DNA of 64,000 nt. Origin: a bacterium (GTDB lineage Bacteria > UBA8248). Below the pieces are notes generated by a model. That model saw nothing but the letters and a program-made list of their open reading frames with translations. It ran no database searches and was not told where the DNA came from. The position numbers and the translations under genes were made by a program. Shown piece by piece: positions 58,563 through 64,000 of the stretch; positions within the stretch are counted from its first letter, which is position 1, and every line of letters begins with the position of its first letter. The DNA lies in NCBI GenBank assembly GCA_965207065.1, contig OZ242260.1:192001-256000 (forward strand). The letters run 5' to 3'.

Positions 58563-59318
58563 ATGCGCGGCCTGCCAGGAAAATTCATCGACTTCAACAA
58601 ATGCCTCTCCAGACGTTTCGACGCGGTGCTGCCCAAATCATTCCGGGTGGATGGACATAAACATTTCAGAGAAAAATTCGCGCCGCCTCAAATCCCCGAT
58701 GGTGCTCTGGTATACGAAGTGGGCGGGGGGAAACATCCTCTGCACTCCAGAGAAGAGAAGGTGCTGCGGGATCTTCATGTCGTAGGCCTCGACATCGACG
58801 AGGGAGAGCTGACCAGGGCGCCGCGCGGGGCCTACGATGCGACCATCCGCGCCGACATCACTGAATACCGGGGACGCGAAAACGCCGATGTGGTGATCTG
58901 CCAGGCGCTGTTTGAGCACGTCGCGGACACGAATTTCGCATTCGCCGGTCTGGCAAGCATATTGAAAAAGGACGGCGTTGCACTCCTTTTCACGCCATCG
59001 AGAAACGCCGTCTACGCACGGGTAAATCTTCTCATTCCCGAGAGGCTCAAGCGAATTCTGATCAGGCTCCTCTATCCCGAACTCGCGGATCAGTCCGGGT
59101 TTCCGGGCCGCTACCATCACTGCACGTTGTCCGAATTCGAAGATATGGCGCGTGGGCAAGGCTTCGCCGTAGTTCAGAAAAAGACCTATTATTTCAGTGA
59201 GTATTTCAGCTTTTTCGCGCCCTTTCACGTTCTCTGGCGACTTTGGCTTTGGGGTTTCTTTCTCTTTGCGCGAGACGGGGCGGCTGAAACCTTCAGCATG
59301 GCGCTTCGCAAATTGTGA
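58563..59318 (+). CDS. Class I SAM-dependent methyltransferase
   Basis: VYEVGGG, VVGLDID, FEHV and LKKDG. Confidence 0.85.
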   Translation: MRGLPGKFIDFNKCLSRRFDAVLPKSFRVDGHKHFREKFAPPQIPDGALVYEVGGGKHPLHSREEKVLRDLHVVGLDIDEGELTRAPRGAYDATIRADITEYRGRENADVVICQALFEHVADTNFAFAGLASILKKDGVALLFTPSRNAVYARVNLLIPERLKRILIRLLYPELADQSGFPGRYHHCTLSEFEDMARGQGFAVVQKKTYYFSEYFSFFAPFHVLWRLWLWGFFLFARDGAAETFSMALRKL

Positions 59319-59370
59319 GGATGGAATCCTGGGCGCGTCCCGGTTCTTTCATTCAAGCTGAGCGGACATC

Positions 59371-61317
59371 ATGTGTGGCGTTGCGGGTTTTCTCTTCACG
59401 CATCTAGAGACGGACGACCCCCGGAGAGTCGTTTCGAGGATGGCGGAGCGCCTGCGCCACCGTGGGCCCGACGACGGGGGAAGCTGGGTCGATGGGGAGG
59501 CGGGCATTGCTTTGGGGCACAGGAGGCTCGCCGTCATCGATTTAAGCGCGGACGGCCGCCAGCCGATGATTTCGCGCGAAGAAAGATACGTCCTCTCCTG
59601 CAACGGGGAAATCTATAATTTCATCGAACTGCGCGATGAGTTGATTCGCGAGGGCGTGCGCTTCAAGGGACGCTCAGACACCGAGGTCCTAATCGCTGCG
59701 GTGGAGACGTGGGGGCTGGAAGCGGCCATCAAGCGATTCGTCGGCATGTTCGCCTTCACCCTTTGGGATCGTTCGGAAAAAACGCTGCATCTAGCGCGTG
59801 ACCGCATGGGCGAAAAGCCCCTCTACTACGGCTGGTGCGGAAAATCCTTTCTATTCGGCTCGGAACTCAAGGCCCTCCGCGCGCACCCTGACTGGGAAGG
59901 CGAAATCTGCACCTGCGCGCTGGCCCTGTACACAAAACTCGGCTGCGTGCCTGCTCCCTATTCCATCTACCGGGGAATTTACAAGCTGCCGCCCGCCTCC
60001 ATCTTGAGCCTGCGCGCCTCGGACGCACCAGGTTTTCTGCCAGAAGCAAGGGCTTATTGGTCCGCCCAAGATGCCGTGAGGCGCGCTTCCGCAGACAAAT
60101 GGGCGCTCTCCGACGATGAAGCGCTTTACAAACTAGAAGAAGTGCTGAAACGCTCCGTACGCCAGATGCTACGCTCCGATGCGCCGCTCGGTGTGTTTCT
60201 CTCAGGCGGAGTCGATTCATCGACAGTGGCAGCCCTGACGAAAGAGGAGAGCGGCGCTCCCGTCAGGACGTTCTCCATCGGATTTCATGAGAAAGGTTAT
60301 GACGAAACACACCATGCGCGTGAGATGGCCCGCCATCTCGAAACCGAGCACACCGAACTCTACGCAGGTCCGAAAGAAGCGCTCGAGGTCATCCCGCGCC
60401 TACCCATGCTCTATGACGAGCCGTTTGCGGACCCGTCCCAGATTCCCACGCACCTGCTGTGCGCACTCACGAGGAAGCACGTGACGGTCGCCCTCTCGGG
60501 CGATGGGGGCGATGAGCTTTTTGGTGGCTACTACCGCCATTTCTGGGCGCCCAGGGTCTGGAAGTGGACTCATCGGCTGCCGCAGTGCGTGAAAACGCAA
60601 ATCGCGATGGGTTTGACCAGGCGGCATCTCGCGCTGGCGCGGTATTATGAAAAAATTTCTCCCCTGCTGCCCAGGCGTTACCAAGTCGAGATGGCCAGGG
60701 AGAAGATCCCGAAGCTGGCGGATATCTTCGGCGCAGCAAGTCTTGATGCGATGTATGAGCGCCTGAGGGCGCACGGGGATGTTTCGGTTTGTCTGCCGGG
60801 GAATCAAAACGTGGAAAAAACCATCGGCCCGATACCAATTCCGCACGGCCTTCATCCCGCCGAGAGGATGATGTACCGCGACATGATGGAATACCTGCCC
60901 GATGATATCCTCGTAAAGGTGGACAGGGCGGGCATGGGAGCGAGCCTCGAGGTGAGAGCACCATACCTGGATCACCGTGTCGTGGAGTTCGCCTGGAGTC
61001 TCCCTCTGCGGCAAAAGCTAAGGGATGGCGAGGGAAAATGGATTTTAAGGCGGTTGTTGTCCCGCTACGTTCCCGGCTCGCTGATCCAAAGGCCTAAAAT
61101 GGGGTTCGCCGTCCCTGTCGGTGAATGGTTGAGAGGACCTCTTCAGGACTGGGCGGAAGATTTATTGGGAGAATCGCGACTCAGGGAAGAGGGATTTTTA
61201 CATGCGGAAACCATTCGCCGGATGTGGATACAGCACTTATCTGGCGCAAGGGACTGGCAATTCGGGCTTTGGAGCGTGTTGATGTTTCAATCCTGGCTGG
61301 ATGAGCAAGAGCGTTGA
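59371..61317 (+). CDS. asnB: Asparagine synthase (glutamine-hydrolysing), polysaccharide-cluster amidotransferase type
   Basis: MCGVAG, RHRGPD, GHRRL, NGEIYN, LSGGVDSS, SGDGGDE and RPKMGF. Confidence 0.95.
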   Translation: MCGVAGFLFTHLETDDPRRVVSRMAERLRHRGPDDGGSWVDGEAGIALGHRRLAVIDLSADGRQPMISREERYVLSCNGEIYNFIELRDELIREGVRFKGRSDTEVLIAAVETWGLEAAIKRFVGMFAFTLWDRSEKTLHLARDRMGEKPLYYGWCGKSFLFGSELKALRAHPDWEGEICTCALALYTKLGCVPAPYSIYRGIYKLPPASILSLRASDAPGFLPEARAYWSAQDAVRRASADKWALSDDEALYKLEEVLKRSVRQMLRSDAPLGVFLSGGVDSSTVAALTKEESGAPVRTFSIGFHEKGYDETHHAREMARHLETEHTELYAGPKEALEVIPRLPMLYDEPFADPSQIPTHLLCALTRKHVTVALSGDGGDELFGGYYRHFWAPRVWKWTHRLPQCVKTQIAMGLTRRHLALARYYEKISPLLPRRYQVEMAREKIPKLADIFGAASLDAMYERLRAHGDVSVCLPGNQNVEKTIGPIPIPHGLHPAERMMYRDMMEYLPDDILVKVDRAGMGASLEVRAPYLDHRVVEFAWSLPLRQKLRDGEGKWILRRLLSRYVPGSLIQRPKMGFAVPVGEWLRGPLQDWAEDLLGESRLREEGFLHAETIRRMWIQHLSGARDWQFGLWSVLMFQSWLDEQER

Positions 61318-62491
61318 GATGAGTAATACCTTACTTCTTCTGGACCTGGAGGACAGATACTTCTTGAGCCACAGGCGCGCGCTCGCGCTGGCGGCAAGGG
61401 ATGCGGGATACCGCGTCGTCGTATGCGTGAGAATCGGCGGAAATTACATGGAACAGATACAAACGGAGGGTTTCGAATGTATCGATTTGGGAATTAAAAA
61501 CAGGGCGGGGATCAATATTTGGAGCGAATTTCTGGCTCTTCTCAAACTCTTTCGCGTCTACCGGAAGTACCGTCCCCGAATCGCCCACCATTTCGGTGTG
61601 AGAAACCTGCTTCACGGAACACTCGCCGCGCGACTGGCAAAAACGCCTTTCGTCATGAATTCGTTTCTGGGACAGGGCTCGCTGTTTTCTGAAAAATCGC
61701 TGAAATTCCGTTGCCTGAAGAAAATCGTATTGTCCATGCTGCGATATCTCCACCGAAGGAAGAACACCCGTGTAATCGTGCAAAACGACTCCGATAAGGA
61801 GATGGTTCTCCAGAACGTGCTACCCGATGAATCACGTCTGAGTGTCGTTCTCGGCTCGGGCGTAAACGTCCAATCCTTTTATCCTGCACCGGAGCCCCCG
61901 GGCACGCCCTTGGCGGTGCTCGCTTCCCGGATGCTCGATGAAAAAGGGGTGTATGAATTTGCAGAGGCGGCGGTCCTGCTGAAAGAAGAAGGCATAAAAA
62001 TTCGCATGGTGCTGGTGGGAAGCCCGGACCCCAAGAATCCATCGTCCATTCCCGAATCCACGCTTTCTCGGTGGCACCGGGAGGCCCGAGTCGAATGGTG
62101 GGGCTACAGGGAGGACATGGCCGAGGTCTGGAGAAGCTCTCACATCGCCGTCTTGCCGACGTATTACAAAGAGGGGCTCCCGAGAAGCTTGCTGGAAGCC
62201 GCGGCATGCGCGCGCCCGCTGGTGGCCACGGATGTTCCCGGCTGCCAGGATATTCTGAAGGACCGGGTGAACGGACTAAGCGTCTTTCCCCGTGACGCCA
62301 GGAGTCTGGCCGACGCCATCGGGAAGCTGGCGCAGAACTCTAGCTTGAGGCGAAGAATGGGCGAAGCGGGGCGGAGGATTGTGGAGCAGGAGTTTTCCGA
62401 TAAAATCGTGACTGAAAAAATCCTGGAACTCTATGAGCGTATGGGCGGAGCCGAAGTGAAACCGGGGAAGAATCAAGCGCAACTCACGTAG
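61301..62491 (+). CDS. Glycosyltransferase family 4 (CapM/WbnE-like)
   Basis: FLSHR, GSGV, SRMLDEKG and EGLPRSLLEAAAC..TDVPGC. Confidence 0.92.
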   Translation: MSKSVEMSNTLLLLDLEDRYFLSHRRALALAARDAGYRVVVCVRIGGNYMEQIQTEGFECIDLGIKNRAGINIWSEFLALLKLFRVYRKYRPRIAHHFGVRNLLHGTLAARLAKTPFVMNSFLGQGSLFSEKSLKFRCLKKIVLSMLRYLHRRKNTRVIVQNDSDKEMVLQNVLPDESRLSVVLGSGVNVQSFYPAPEPPGTPLAVLASRMLDEKGVYEFAEAAVLLKEEGIKIRMVLVGSPDPKNPSSIPESTLSRWHREARVEWWGYREDMAEVWRSSHIAVLPTYYKEGLPRSLLEAAACARPLVATDVPGCQDILKDRVNGLSVFPRDARSLADAIGKLAQNSSLRRRMGEAGRRIVEQEFSDKIVTEKILELYERMGGAEVKPGKNQAQLT

Positions 62492-62537
62492 AATTCCGTA
62501 TGAGGGATACCAGGCTCCCGCAAACGGCGCCGAGAGC

Positions 62538-63224
62538 CTAGGCGCGTTGCCGCCGGACGCGCAAGAGGGTGAGTATCGTCAGGAATACTACCTGCAAATC
62601 CATCCAGAACGAGTAGTTCAGAATATAGTATAAATCATGCTCCAGCTTGATTCTATATTCTTCAATCTGGTCGACGTGGCCTTGCTTGATCTGCGCCCAT
62701 CCCGTGATTCCCGCCGGAACGAGCTCGCGATACTCGAATTCCGGGTAGTGCTTCTTGGCAATCTCCAGCGTCTTGATGTATTCCGCCCTCGGACCGACGA
62801 TGCTCATATCCCCTTTGATGACGTTCCAGAGTTGGGGAAACTCATCGAGGTGATACCGGCGCAGAAAACGCCCGAATGGATAGATTCTCGGGTCGTTTTC
62901 CTTCGTGGACATGGTTCCCGGCGGTTGATCGGCATTCGCGCGCATGGTCCGGAATTTATAGAGCGTGAACAATATCCCACCCTGCGTGACGCGGGCCTGG
63001 GAATAAAATATCGACCCCTCGCTCGCGAGCTTGATCAGGATGGCGATTAGGAGGCCAAAAGGGGCGAACAAGACCAGAACCGTTATGCTGAACCCCAAAT
63101 CAAACGCGCGTTTGCATAGATACTGACGCCGGCTCAAGACCCAACCGCTCTTCAGGGCGGATAATTTCCCGCTACCGGAAATGGATTCCAAAGGAACGCG
63201 GCCTTCCATAAGAGAACTCAACAC
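62538..63224 (-). CDS. Polyprenyl-phosphate sugar phosphotransferase (small sugar transferase)
   Basis: KRAFD, YKFRTM, LDEFPQLWNVIKGDMSIVGPR and GITGWAQ. Confidence 0.92.
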   Translation of the reverse strand: MLSSLMEGRVPLESISGSGKLSALKSGWVLSRRQYLCKRAFDLGFSITVLVLFAPFGLLIAILIKLASEGSIFYSQARVTQGGILFTLYKFRTMRANADQPPGTMSTKENDPRIYPFGRFLRRYHLDEFPQLWNVIKGDMSIVGPRAEYIKTLEIAKKHYPEFEYRELVPAGITGWAQIKQGHVDQIEEYRIKLEHDLYYILNYSFWMDLQVVFLTILTLLRVRRQRA

Positions 63225-63644
63225 ATTTCACGAGCGCTTAGAACTCGATACGAAGAATGAGAACGCAAAGTTCTGGCGTTTGCTATTTTTCGCTTTACAT
63301 TCAAGCCGGATTCCCTTATATTCGAATGAATAGCGAAAATACAACGAAAATATTGTCGCACGACCGAGACAACATTCATATTCCACCATGAGAGCAGAAA
63401 ATTCGATATGGCTTCATGCAAATTCCGACTTGGAGACAGCCGCCATCTATTCTGCGAGCAGCCCGTGAATCTTCGCGCATGAATTGTATGCCAACAGGCA
63501 TGTTGTGAGGAAAACCCAAGATTGTCAACTCATAAGCGAAGCAAAAGAAATTTGAGGCACATACATTTTTACCGATCTTGAAAGTGTGAGATTTTCGGTC
63601 CCTTTCAAGAAAATCTCCGCTTCCTGGAGGCTATTTTTTTCGTG

Positions 63645-64000
63645 ATGAACCCTTCGCTCTTGGCATATGGCGCCATGACCGTAGGCGCTGCCGCAATCAT
63701 CTGGACAAGCTTGTACAACCTCGGAGCCGCGGGTGCGTTGTTCTTGTTCCTGAATCCACTCGTGAACATCGAGGTCGCATTCTACGATACGGGAAGAAGC
63801 ATCTCATACGACAAAATGGCGCTCCTGGCCCTGGCCTCAGGCTTCGCGCTGCATGTGCTGAAATACAAAAAATCTGTTCGCTTAAAGAGCCAACCGATTT
63901 TTTGCTATATCTGGCTCGCCTACATCGTCTGGAGTCTCATTGCGGCATGGCTGAGCGGCGCTCCCTTGAAACAACAATTCTGGGGCCTCGCCGAAACAAT
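63645..64000 (+). CDS. Multi-TM membrane protein, partial (possibly O-antigen ligase/polymerase)
   Basis: Open frame from ATG 63645 to the window end (MNPSLLAYGAMTVGAAAIIW...IWLAYIVWSLIAAWLSG) with GGAGG upstream; function inferred from context only. Confidence 0.55.
   Translation, partial: MNPSLLAYGAMTVGAAAIIWTSLYNLGAAGALFLFLNPLVNIEVAFYDTGRSISYDKMALLALASGFALHVLKYKKSVRLKSQPIFCYIWLAYIVWSLIAAWLSGAPLKQQFWGLAET

Overview
Bacterial chromosomal window, mostly GC-rich. It carries a zinc-uptake locus (znuA, zur-znuC-znuB), many catabolic and transport genes (TRAP-TAXI, orphan ABC binding proteins, hydrolases, oxidoreductases, a sulfatase, a dimethylglycine-oxidase-like/GcvT-like pair) and the start of a surface-polysaccharide cluster. 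Accessory content: (1) a ~4.6 kb AT-rich integrase/excisionase element at tRNA-Ala(GGC) whose cargo is all membrane proteins; (2) a ~2.4 kb AT-rich islet with a translationally coupled TauD-like 2OG-Fe(II) dioxygenase plus a HEPN-motif/Zn-ribbon protein, the best candidate here for an undescribed defence or toxin-antitoxin system, next to a GrlR-like gene with an internal amber codon; (3) six toxin-antitoxin loci, several eroded; (4) nested insertion scars from duplicated gene 3' ends; (5) a family of intergenic elements with shared IS-like terminal inverted repeats around interchangeable REP-like hairpin pairs. A hidden selenoprotein (AhpD/CMD family, CxxU, with a SECIS-like hairpin) is split in the ORF track. 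No CRISPR array, rRNA, reverse transcriptase or transposase was found. All protein calls come from motif recognition by eye, with no database searches.
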